From an uncultured virus (IMG/VR IMGVR_UViG_3300017963_000256) (Duplodnaviria; Heunggongvirae; Uroviricota; Caudoviricetes), in the IMG/VR virus record IMGVR_UViG_3300017963_000256: DNA of 64,000 nt; one strand, written 5' to 3'. Positions within the stretch are counted from its first letter, which is position 1. Each line of letters begins with the position of its first letter. The notes beneath the pieces were generated by a model. The model was not told the DNA's origin, did no database searches, and saw only the letters and a program-made list of their open reading frames with translations. The position numbers and the translations under genes were made by a program. Shown here one piece after another: positions 1 through 8,974 of this stretch.

Positions 1-660
1 ATAACAATCAATGCCTACATTTTTTATTCTTTCTACAAGAATTTCATTATTCTCTCCAGTAAAATAACCAGAAGTAAGCCTGACAACAAAAGACCTTCCA
101 GATTTCACCAATGTACCATGTGCCAGATACCAAACAAGAAGAGTTAAAGGAGTGATTCTAATGTCACAGGGGGGTTGTTTTTGTTTTTTGCCGTCTGTAT
201 CTTTGTACCATCTATCATACTGCAGGCAAAAATCAGGATGTGTATCAGTTGCGCCTACATTTTTATCAGAAGATAATTGAAAATTATATATCTCAAATAA
301 TTTTTTGATATATTCGCAAAATTCTTCATTATCACGATATTGTAATTTTGCTGAACTTCCTGAATATCGTCTTATAGAACCATTACCCAACATAGCTGCA
401 TCAATATTTTCAATCATCTTCTCAGATAAAAATGAAGAATTATAATCAAGTCCACCTTCTTTATTTACCAATCTTGCTTCTGATGCATTTCTTCCAATGC
501 CCAATTTCTTTGCATAATTGTGAACTGCCGACATTGAAATGTTTTTTCCCTTTTTTTTAAGCATTTCAGAGATTTTAGGGAAAGACATCTTCTTTTGAAC
601 ATAATACTCTTCATAAAATTCCTTTGTCAGTACATCACCGTACTTGCTTTTCATTGGCAT
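1..660 (-). CDS. LAGLIDADG endonuclease-like protein with N-terminal HTH (3' end outside window; catalytic acids substituted)
   Basis: Hand translation from ATG at 660 is open to the window edge: MPMKSKYG...IDAAMLGNGSI...HPDFCLQYDRWY...ITPLTLLVWYLAHG, the two-motif LAGLIDADG pattern. Confidence 0.75.
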   Translation of the reverse strand, partial: MPMKSKYGDVLTKEFYEEYYVQKKMSFPKISEMLKKKGKNISMSAVHNYAKKLGIGRNASEARLVNKEGGLDYNSSFLSEKMIENIDAAMLGNGSIRRYSGSSAKLQYRDNEEFCEYIKKLFEIYNFQLSSDKNVGATDTHPDFCLQYDRWYKDTDGKKQKQPPCDIRITPLTLLVWYLAHGTLVKSGRSFVVRLTSGYFTGENNEILVERIKNVGIDCY

Positions 661-764
661 TGTAAAATCCTTTTCAAAAAATCAAGTTCAATTCAGGTTT
701 TTTACCACTTAAAAAACTTATTATAAAATGGTACATTAATTTTATGAAAAGTCAAGAAGAAAAC

Positions 765-800
765 AAAAAAAAAGCGCCCTGTAAAAACCAGAGCGCTTTT
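765..800 (-). terminator. Rho-independent terminator after the capsid gene
   Basis: Minus strand GCGCTCTG-loop-CAGGGCGC (one U-G pair) followed by a T9 run. Confidence 0.8.
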
Positions 801-824
801 AAATACTTTATTGCTAATTAGTTA

Positions 825-1694
825 TTACGTACCTGATGTAATCTCAATCTTAGCAATAGCATAGTCATTGATGACGACTATTCCGATTTCTTCATAGATT
901 ACCCATCCCAACCGGAGCTTTTTCGGGTCGTCTGCCGGAAGTACGGTGATGTCCTGACGAATCGGGAAAGCACCAACGTATTCTGCGGGAGCGATGACCA
1001 GAACCGTATTGGTAGGCATCTTGGAGGAAACGTGAATGTCTGCGGTCCAGAGGTGTCCGAAGAGACCACTGGTCAGAACTTCACGTTGGGTTGCTTCGTC
1101 GTACACGGTCTTACCGAAGTTACGAATGTCTGCGTAACGCTGTGCGTGGCAAACAATCTTGGCAACGGTGAGGTCGTGGGATTCGACGGCAGCGAAAGCA
1201 CTGTTCAGAGCAGCCAGAGTCAGCGCACCACCGGTAGCGGTGATGGTCTGGGCAGCCGGTACTGCGTTCAGAAGGGTGTTGAAGATGTTGAAGTCTTCTT
1301 CCTTCTGGATGGCTTCTTTGGCCTTGATCTGTGCGCGGTCTACAATGTAGAACCGGCGTGCTTTGATTTCCGACAGACGAATCTGCGGATTGGTTGCGAT
1401 TTCGAAGGTCGGGACGAGAATTTCTTCGCCTTCGGTGATCTGATCCGGCACGGCACCCCTACGAGGGAGTACGTGTGCAACGGAACGCACGTCACGTTCG
1501 TAACGAGCGAGAGCGCCTTGAGGAAGCTCATCAACCATGAGGAGCTTACGACCGACAGCCTGATACTCCAGAGCGCGGCGAATAGGTTCAACCATCGCCT
1601 GTGCCAGAGCTACGCGACCTTCATCGGTTTCGAGAGCCTGCGCAATGAGGGCTTCTCTTTCTTGGTCATTAACACCATTTTTGTCCAAAGCCAT
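825..1694 (-). CDS. Major capsid protein (HK97/encapsulin-like fold)
   Basis: 289 aa; EGRVALAQAMVEPIRRALEYQAVGRKLLMVDELPQGA and C-terminal GWVIYEEIGIVVIN are typical phage capsid motifs; follows the protease and decoration genes. Confidence 0.85.
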   Translation of the reverse strand: MALDKNGVNDQEREALIAQALETDEGRVALAQAMVEPIRRALEYQAVGRKLLMVDELPQGALARYERDVRSVAHVLPRRGAVPDQITEGEEILVPTFEIATNPQIRLSEIKARRFYIVDRAQIKAKEAIQKEEDFNIFNTLLNAVPAAQTITATGGALTLAALNSAFAAVESHDLTVAKIVCHAQRYADIRNFGKTVYDEATQREVLTSGLFGHLWTADIHVSSKMPTNTVLVIAPAEYVGAFPIRQDITVLPADDPKKLRLGWVIYEEIGIVVINDYAIAKIEITSGT

Positions 1695-1797
1695 TCTTGT
1701 TCTCCTTGATTAATTCTTTAGCTGTTTGGGAATTCTTCGAATTCCATCCACAAGCTGAAGTATTAACGAGTTTTTGAAAAAGTTTTTGATTTAGCCC

Positions 1798-2307
1798 TTA
1801 AATGACGAGCTTAATCTCCATGAAGGTGCCAAGGCTGATATCGCCGTTGATGTCGGTGCCCGGAACGCCGGAAGGATACGCGGCGGGGACAGCAACACAG
1901 TAGCCAACAACCTGCGCGTTGGCTGAAGCAACGTTGGTCAGCTTGCCAGTGGCATCACTGTAGCACGCATCGCCAATGGCGAAGGTGAGAGTGCTGTCAT
2001 ACTGGTCGGTCGCGAATTTACCACCGGAGTGGTAAACGGTGATCTTGCCCGATGCACGGGTTTCGTCGAAATTCGGGTCTGAAACGCGGTTCTGCCAGCC
2101 ATCAGCAGCGCCCGGAAGACCTGAACTGTTACCGGTGTTGATCTTGTTATCGCCAGCCAGACCCAAAGCGACGGTGCCGCTTGCGCCGGTTGCCACAACA
2201 ATGTCAGCAGCCGCATTTTGCATAACAACCATGCCTTCGGTAATTTCTGCCGAAGAATCTACATCATAGATGTCTGCAACAACATGATAAAGTTCAACAA
2301 GAGCCAT
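1798..2307 (-). CDS. Head decoration/cement-like protein
   Basis: 169 aa, Gly/Ala-rich beta pattern (GKITVY...GGKFATDQYD...YSDATGKLT...VVGYC); lies between scaffold and capsid genes. Confidence 0.65.
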   Translation of the reverse strand: MALVELYHVVADIYDVDSSAEITEGMVVMQNAAADIVVATGASGTVALGLAGDNKINTGNSSGLPGAADGWQNRVSDPNFDETRASGKITVYHSGGKFATDQYDSTLTFAIGDACYSDATGKLTNVASANAQVVGYCVAVPAAYPSGVPGTDINGDISLGTFMEIKLVI

Positions 2308-2325
2308 AGTTAAAACCTCCGTTTT

Positions 2326-5300
2326 TTATTGCTCGAATTTTTTGGTCAGTGAAAACTGTTTTACCAACTTGTCCTTAAGGGTTTCTTCTTGCCCTTCTGC
2401 TTTAGACGCGATCACAATGCCTTGTTCCAAGGCCCCATCACTTTTTTCTGCTGGTAATCCGGTAGCCGCTTTTTTCTGAATTTGCTTTTCAATGGTATTT
2501 GCGTAAGCTTTAATTCCGGGGATCGGCATCTTGGTCAGTTCTGCGACCTTGGCATTAAACTCGCCCTGATCGATGAGACCTGCTGCCAATTCCTTCGATG
2601 CTACATTTACGGCTTCCTGATACCGAGCCATTTTAACTTTCTCGATATCTACTGCTTTCTGCGCGTCTTCTGAACCTGCAATGGTAGTGCCCTTCGTCTC
2701 CACATTTCCTCCGTCAAATATTTCCTCGCCCATGTTTCCAGATCCCGCAGGGACCTTAGCTTTTTCGGCACTAAAATTGGGTTCGTCACCTTGCGTGGCC
2801 TTACCGCCCTTTTCAGGAACTTCAGGCTGCGCTAACTGTTGCAGTTCTTTAGGCTCTTTGCCTAAAGTCTGTGAATCTTCGGGTACTTTGCCCTTCAGAT
2901 CTTTGGCTTCATCAACAGGCTTCGGTGCTTCGACCTGTTTTTCGCCAGCGGTTTTTACAGATGCTTCTTTTTTGTCTTTCTTGTCTTTTTTGTCTTTTTT
3001 CTTGTTCATTTTGCATTCCGGAGAATCTTTCATAGGTCCGGTTCCGTCAGGAATTCCGGGTCCTTTGATCTTTCCGGCTTCTTTGGTTTCTGCTTCTTCT
3101 TCAGCAATCACGGTACCCTTGGTTTCGACGTTGCCGCCTTCAAACTGCTCGTCGCCCATATTTCCGGATCCTGCTGGAACATCGGGTTTGGCAGCGGGAA
3201 TGACTGCTTCGTCACCGATAGTGGCTTTGCCGCCCTTATCGGGAACCTTGGGGTCATCGAGTTGCTGCAGTTCTTTGGGTTCTTGACCCAAAGTCTGTGA
3301 ATCTTCAGGAACCTCACCCTTCAGATCAGCTGCTTCATCGACCGGTTTAGGGTCGCCAATCTGCTTGGCGAGTTTGTCGAGGTTGATTGAATTGATGCTG
3401 TCTTTTTCACTTTTGATTCTTGAAGCGTGCATCATAAGGTCCTCTTCTTTTTCTTCGGTTTGTTCCTGAGTCTCAGACTCCACGGGTGCATCTGTTTTAT
3501 TCTCAGAAACTTTGTCATTTCCTTCTTTTTTTTCTGCAATTATTTCTTCTTCAACGACTTCCTCTTCGACGGGACCTTCTTCGACCACGTCTTCGACGGC
3601 ATCGTCAACAACGTCTTCAACGACTTCTTCCTCGTCCAATTCTGCGACAGGAACGTCATCTTCGACGAATTCTTCGGTGCCAGCTGATTCTTCTTCAACC
3701 TTTTCGACGAGCTTATCAACATCTTCTTTGATGTCTTCAGCCATCTCAGCTGCACTCATTTCTTCATCTGATTTCTCGTCCGCGACCTCTTCAACTACTT
3801 CGTCAGCAACATCTTCGACGACTTCATCGGTCACGTCTTCGACAACGACTTCTTCCGGAGCTTCGACATCAACAACATCGACTGAATCTGCCATGTCGCC
3901 TTCCGGTGGGAAGTCCATTTCGATTTCATCTACGATACCAGCATGAATCTGTTTTTCGTTCGCAATGAACTCTTCAACAGCTTCTTCGATTTCGCTGGCG
4001 TATTTGTTTTTCAGGCATTCGCAGATGTTTTTGGCTTGAGCCATGGTGTAATTCTGGCGGATCTGATCTTCCAGACATTCACTCATGGGTTCGCGCTCTG
4101 AAACTCTTTCTGCGATCTTCATGCCGAGGCCGACGCTTTTGGTTTCGGCTTTGGAGAGCATGTTGCAGACGGAGTCAACGAGCGGCTGACCTTCAAACGG
4201 ACCACTGAGGCAGACAGCGTTTTCACCCCAACGACGTGCCATTCTTTCGCGGCAGGATTCCATCGGGAATTCGTTGTCAACCGGACCAGTAGTCTGAGAA
4301 GAATTCACAGTCGGATCGATGTCACGTTTCTGTGCTTCTTTGGTTTTGCCTTCTTTGGAGGACTGTTTGCCCGGTTTCTTGCTGGCTTCAGTCTCATCAA
4401 TTGAAGGATATTCTTTGTGAACTGCTTTTGAAACTGCTGAGACGAGGCTCGTCAGTTTGCCGTCATACCATTTGGGAGCTTTGTCATACTGACTGGCTCT
4501 TGCAAGGGCGTTGCGTGCCTGAGCTACGCTATTAATAGGAAAGTGATCTTTGTTGTCTTTCACTTTCGAATCATCCGACTGGAAAACACATTTGCCGCGT
4601 GAACGACTTTTGGCTTTCTTTGCGGATTTTTTAAGGCACTCCGGGCACTCGACTTTGGGAAGCCAAGTGACCGAAGCGTAGATGGATTTGGGATCGTCTT
4701 GATCGACGAGAATGTCTACCGAATAGTCCTGAGCACATTTTTCACAAGTGCCTTTGCCGTTTGCGATTTTAACTTCTTCGGAACCGCAATTCGGGCAGTG
4801 AGAACCGACTTTTTTATTGCCGGTCTTGATCAGGCTTTCGGGAGTGATTTTGAATGAAGCATTGACAGGAACTTCAGGAAGTCCCGCTTCAGGAAGTTCG
4901 GCACCTTCGGCTTCTTCGGTGATTTCAACTTCTTCACCTTCGTCGCCAGATCCATCCAGAGTGCCTTTCCATTTGTCAACATTCACGGAGACAGCCATGG
5001 TGAATTCTGAAGAACAGCTGTTACATTTGCCTTCACCTTCCAGAAGATCTACGTCTTCTGATCCACAGACGGGGCAGATGCTTCCCGGTGGTTGGGGATT
5101 GCCGGGTTCCGGAACATTGTCAGTTTCTTCGACGGCAACTTCTTCGGCACCCATTTCAGGAGCCTGAAAGCTTTCCATCGGAGGTGCGCCAGCTGCTTCG
5201 TCCATCGGAGGTGCGGGCATCGTTGTACCGCCACCAGCAGGAACGCCTTCTGCGCCAGCAGGAGCAGCGGGCATGCCACCCGGTTCGCCACCGAACTGAG

Positions 5301-7983
5301 CCTTTTTCACCAGTTCATCTCTTTTGGCCTGACGTTCCATTTTCTCGTCAGTGATGCCAGCGGCTTTGCGTCTTGCCGTTGCTCTTTTATCCAGATTTTC
5401 TTTTTTGGTTTCAGCTGCTTTTTCGACATCTTCTGAAGCGGTAGTCGGAGCAGTTTCCATTTTGATAGCGATAAGTTTTTCATCTTCGTGTTCGACATCG
5501 ATATCTGCTTCGATGGTCAAACCTTCTTTTTCTGCCAATTTTCTGCCATAGGCAAAAGCGGCTGCCTTGAACTCATCCGACTTTGGGTCGGCTTCAATTT
5601 CCTCCACGGATGCTTTGATAACAACAATGTTGTCATCTGTTTTAGCTTCTTTTTCCGTTTCTGGAGTTTCAGTCAGAACTTCATTAAAAAGTTCTTTCAT
5701 GGTTGCCGGTTCTTCGACGGCTTCGGTCTCAGCGGTTTTGGCTTTGATCTCTTCGTCGATTCTGGCAACAACATCATTGGTGGAAAGGACAGCATCGAGA
5801 GCCTGAACTGCGAGTTCAGGAGTTTCAACGATACTTTCCATGTTGTCGCGAATTTCGGCAAGAACGATATTGGCACTTTCCTGCGGGGACGCAATGACGG
5901 AAGCCATCTTGTTCCAGTAGGTAGCATTCGCTCTGGCAGTCTTCGCGGCAGGAACGTCAGCCTTTTTCAGAGCTTCGGCAGTTTCAACCATGACCTTCGG
6001 GGAAGCGATCAGCTTCTTGGCGGTCTTGACGATTGATTCAGGGCTGGCGGAAAGAGTGATAGCCGAATCTGCGAGAGCAGCAACGGTGGCTTTCAGCATC
6101 TTGTTTGCAGCCTGACGCCTGCCGAGAGGATCTTTCTGGCTCATCAGCTGTTTTTCAGTGATGACTTCCCAAGCGTCGTCTTTGCGGTTGGCAACTGGCA
6201 TGCTTTCCATTTGTTTTTCGGTGATGACTTCGCGTGGTTTTTCATCGCGAGGACTGGTATCACCTTTGGTGTCCAGTTGTTTTTCCGTAATGACTTCCCA
6301 AGCGTCATCCTGACGTTCGGTTTTGTCTGAGTATTTACGTTCATCCAGTTGTTTTTCAGTAATGACTTCGCGTTCGTCTTCCTGACGACCATCCTGAGCG
6401 ACATCCCACTTGTTGCCGTCCAGTTGTTTTTCAGTTATAACGTCACGTTCATCATCTTCACGCGGATGGAGCGGAGGTTTGATGCCATCGAGTTGTTTTT
6501 CAGTGATGACTTCAGTCTGCGAAGCAGGCGCAGGGGCTTTTTCAGCCGTTTTGGTTGTCTTCGTGGTAGAAGCCTCAATATCTTTCAGACCTGAAAGAAA
6601 AGCTTCTGCCGCTTCCTGAGGTGAATCGTGAATCTGAGATTTAACCTCATCATTGAGTGACGAAATATCCCAAGACGCGATTTCCTGATCGTCGCGATAG
6701 CCAACGACCTTGTCTTCCGCAATAACGATACGATGATTGTCATCGGATGCCGTTATTGTGGTTTCGACTTTTGGCTTCCTTACAAACAAACTACGGATAG
6801 CCTCAACAAGTCCTGATTTATTATTGTTATCAGCCAATTTCCCACTCCTTTCAAAAGTGTTGAATTCGTCTAATAGTTTTGCAGTTTTATTAAGATCGGT
6901 TTTGATCTTTGCCGCCAGACCTAATCCAGCAGGATCACCAACTTCGGTTCCGACTTCGCCACCGGGAGGCGGAGGCATGTCAGCTTCGCCAACTGATGCC
7001 TCAGGGAAAGCCTCTTCCGGTGAAGCTGGTGCAGCTTCTTCCTGTGGTTGACCCGCGCCAGCGGCACCAAATCCTGCTTCATCGAGGCTATCTTTCAAGT
7101 TTTGCATTTTGTCCAAAATCTCTACCGCATCTCCAGCAAATGAAAGATCGATGTATTCGCGATTTTGAACAAAGTACTGAATAAGTTTTGACATATTATC
7201 AACTGATTCGGCAAGCCAGTTCATCTCATCCGGGCCAGCCTTCTTCTTCAATGAAGCAACTTTCTTGATGGCTTCAGTGAGGTTGGCTGCTTTCATCAGG
7301 AAATCTTCCGGATCGAGAATCTCCTGCACCATGCAATCAGGACACGCTGGATCTGTAACGAAAGAAAGTTCGATGAATTTAACTCCGTAGTTATCTTCAT
7401 AAACTTTCTTGCCATTGACTGATTTACCTTTTTGGTTCTTGACATGATCACAGTAATCTTTTTCAGTAGTGGCTTTCTTGCCACAAATTGAACATTTACT
7501 GTAATCAACCGAGCATCCCATAGACACGCCACTAATATAACCTTCTTCGACGCCGCGTGCCAATTGGGGATATGCTTCTCTATCTACCCTTGAAATAGTG
7601 TAAATAGCTTTTTCGTCATCGTCCCATTCGGAAGCGATAACGCATCCGCGTGCTTTCTCGATCTCACCATTTTCATGGTTACAAAAGAGAGGGACTCCAA
7701 CGAAAGTAGAGACCGCCTTTTTCAGTTCTGACTCTGAAAAATGGTCACCGTTTTGGTTAGGCTCATTTGCTCTAATCGCCAACGCCCTAATGAAGATGCT
7801 GTCGTCGGCGTGGTTTTCTATTTCCGCTTTGATGTCAAACGATTTTTTATTATGGGTATTTTCTGTAATCAGTTTTCCTGCGGTTTTATTGATTACGTTT
7901 TCAATTACGTTATCACCTGAACCAACATGGGCAACGGAAGCGGTCTTGCTTGAGACCTGCATTGTTGCGCGTTTAATCAGCAT
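2326..7983 (-). CDS. Prohead protease/scaffold polyprotein
   Basis: N-terminal protease motifs (NQNGDHF, PLFCNH, GVSMGC, ELSFVTDPA), CxxC zinc ribbons, long acidic tracts, internal repeats; directly upstream of decoration and capsid genes. Confidence 0.8.
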   Translation of the reverse strand: MLIKRATMQVSSKTASVAHVGSGDNVIENVINKTAGKLITENTHNKKSFDIKAEIENHADDSIFIRALAIRANEPNQNGDHFSESELKKAVSTFVGVPLFCNHENGEIEKARGCVIASEWDDDEKAIYTISRVDREAYPQLARGVEEGYISGVSMGCSVDYSKCSICGKKATTEKDYCDHVKNQKGKSVNGKKVYEDNYGVKFIELSFVTDPACPDCMVQEILDPEDFLMKAANLTEAIKKVASLKKKAGPDEMNWLAESVDNMSKLIQYFVQNREYIDLSFAGDAVEILDKMQNLKDSLDEAGFGAAGAGQPQEEAAPASPEEAFPEASVGEADMPPPPGGEVGTEVGDPAGLGLAAKIKTDLNKTAKLLDEFNTFERSGKLADNNNKSGLVEAIRSLFVRKPKVETTITASDDNHRIVIAEDKVVGYRDDQEIASWDISSLNDEVKSQIHDSPQEAAEAFLSGLKDIEASTTKTTKTAEKAPAPASQTEVITEKQLDGIKPPLHPREDDERDVITEKQLDGNKWDVAQDGRQEDEREVITEKQLDERKYSDKTERQDDAWEVITEKQLDTKGDTSPRDEKPREVITEKQMESMPVANRKDDAWEVITEKQLMSQKDPLGRRQAANKMLKATVAALADSAITLSASPESIVKTAKKLIASPKVMVETAEALKKADVPAAKTARANATYWNKMASVIASPQESANIVLAEIRDNMESIVETPELAVQALDAVLSTNDVVARIDEEIKAKTAETEAVEEPATMKELFNEVLTETPETEKEAKTDDNIVVIKASVEEIEADPKSDEFKAAAFAYGRKLAEKEGLTIEADIDVEHEDEKLIAIKMETAPTTASEDVEKAAETKKENLDKRATARRKAAGITDEKMERQAKRDELVKKAQFGGEPGGMPAAPAGAEGVPAGGGTTMPAPPMDEAAGAPPMESFQAPEMGAEEVAVEETDNVPEPGNPQPPGSICPVCGSEDVDLLEGEGKCNSCSSEFTMAVSVNVDKWKGTLDGSGDEGEEVEITEEAEGAELPEAGLPEVPVNASFKITPESLIKTGNKKVGSHCPNCGSEEVKIANGKGTCEKCAQDYSVDILVDQDDPKSIYASVTWLPKVECPECLKKSAKKAKSRSRGKCVFQSDDSKVKDNKDHFPINSVAQARNALARASQYDKAPKWYDGKLTSLVSAVSKAVHKEYPSIDETEASKKPGKQSSKEGKTKEAQKRDIDPTVNSSQTTGPVDNEFPMESCRERMARRWGENAVCLSGPFEGQPLVDSVCNMLSKAETKSVGLGMKIAERVSEREPMSECLEDQIRQNYTMAQAKNICECLKNKYASEIEEAVEEFIANEKQIHAGIVDEIEMDFPPEGDMADSVDVVDVEAPEEVVVEDVTDEVVEDVADEVVEEVADEKSDEEMSAAEMAEDIKEDVDKLVEKVEEESAGTEEFVEDDVPVAELDEEEVVEDVVDDAVEDVVEEGPVEEEVVEEEIIAEKKEGNDKVSENKTDAPVESETQEQTEEKEEDLMMHASRIKSEKDSINSINLDKLAKQIGDPKPVDEAADLKGEVPEDSQTLGQEPKELQQLDDPKVPDKGGKATIGDEAVIPAAKPDVPAGSGNMGDEQFEGGNVETKGTVIAEEEAETKEAGKIKGPGIPDGTGPMKDSPECKMNKKKDKKDKKDKKEASVKTAGEKQVEAPKPVDEAKDLKGKVPEDSQTLGKEPKELQQLAQPEVPEKGGKATQGDEPNFSAEKAKVPAGSGNMGEEIFDGGNVETKGTTIAGSEDAQKAVDIEKVKMARYQEAVNVASKELAAGLIDQGEFNAKVAELTKMPIPGIKAYANTIEKQIQKKAATGLPAEKSDGALEQGIVIASKAEGQEETLKDKLVKQFSLTKKFEQ
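2676..3355 (-). repeat. Two ~80-aa direct repeats in the scaffold region
   Basis: PKPVDEAxDLKGxVPEDSQTLGxEPKELQQL...GGKAT...VPAGSGNMG...GGNVETKGTxIA occurs twice. Confidence 0.9.
6140..6515 (-). repeat. Tandem ~21-25-aa VITEKQ[LM] repeats
   Basis: Six copies of [ED]VITEKQ[LM], most preceded by R-x-x-x-x-[RW]. Confidence 0.9.
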
Positions 7984-8002
7984 TCAGCAACCCTCCCGTT
8001 AA

Positions 8003-8854
8003 TTAATAGTCCATGCTTCTTTGGACAGGTTCAACTACTTCATCTACCTCTGTAACCTCTCCACATCCCGAACATCTACCATCAAAAATTCGACCCTTAC
8101 AATATGGACATCTTTGCGAATCCATATCCAGAATCTTTTCAAGTTCACCATTGGCAGCCAGTTCTCTGATCTTCTCTGCCATTTCATCTGAGATTTGAAC
8201 AGCGCTTACGTTAGCGAAGGTTTCAAGATCTTCTACTTCATCCGAAGTAAGAATACCTTTTTCAACGATCTCTTCTTTTGCCATTGTTTCTTTGAGGGCT
8301 GCGTAAAGTCTGAGTTCGCTGTCAACATTTGTATCGGTTGTGATTTTTTGTCCGGTAGAGGCTTGACGTTCGATTTGATCTTTCTTGGGAACTACGTTGC
8401 TGAATTGTTCGAGAAGGTCGAGTCCACTGTCAATGGAGGCCATAATTTTTCCCATGGCACTGCGAACATCACTTGCAGGGAACTCACGGCGACCTACGCT
8501 GACGTTATCCATCATTCTGCTTGCTGCACGGTAGAAACCACGGAGAGAAGATTTCTGTTTTTTGCTGAGTTTTGCTTCAGCAATTTTGACTTCTTTCTCT
8601 TCAGTTTCTGATTCTACTTGTTGGGTAGCTTGATGGGTAGCTTGATGGGTTTCTTCGGCGGGAGTTTCAGGCATCGCTTCAGCAACTTCCTGTGCCTGAT
8701 TGCTCACATCTTCCAAAATCACATCAATCTTTTGCGACAACTCTGCATTACCAGAGTCATCGGCTTCTTGAGAAACTTGAGCAAGTTTCTGAGCCAAATC
8801 ACCTAGATATTTCGATTTATGCATTCTTTTCTCCATGGGAAAAAGTTGAGACAA
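8003..8854 (-). CDS. Hypothetical head-associated protein with C-terminal zinc ribbon
   Basis: 283 aa; CPYC...CSGC near the C-terminus; N-terminal LA..D..G...ID helical module. Confidence 0.6.
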   Translation of the reverse strand: MSQLFPMEKRMHKSKYLGDLAQKLAQVSQEADDSGNAELSQKIDVILEDVSNQAQEVAEAMPETPAEETHQATHQATQQVESETEEKEVKIAEAKLSKKQKSSLRGFYRAASRMMDNVSVGRREFPASDVRSAMGKIMASIDSGLDLLEQFSNVVPKKDQIERQASTGQKITTDTNVDSELRLYAALKETMAKEEIVEKGILTSDEVEDLETFANVSAVQISDEMAEKIRELAANGELEKILDMDSQRCPYCKGRIFDGRCSGCGEVTEVDEVVEPVQRSMDY

Positions 8855-8873
8855 TGCAGGTACACGAGATAGA

Positions 8874-8899
8874 TTTCCGAAAAAAAAATCAAAATCCTT
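8874..8899 (-). promoter_or_regulatory. Putative late promoter AAGGA-N17-GAAA
   Basis: Matches the recurring motif; intergenic, upstream of the protease-capsid operon. Confidence 0.6.
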
Positions 8900-8974
8900 T
8901 TTTTTTCTCAGATTTTTTTCGAGGTAAATTACTGTTTTGGCGGGCGTTTGGAGGTTTGGATTTCTGAGGATTTT

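Noticed and set aside
825..1694. Cellular encapsulin operon
   Set aside because: The neighbouring protease, portal and terminase genes show it is a phage capsid.
6140..6515. Regularly spaced DNA repeats resembling a CRISPR array
   Set aside because: They are degenerate at synonymous positions and encode in-frame VITEKQ peptide repeats.
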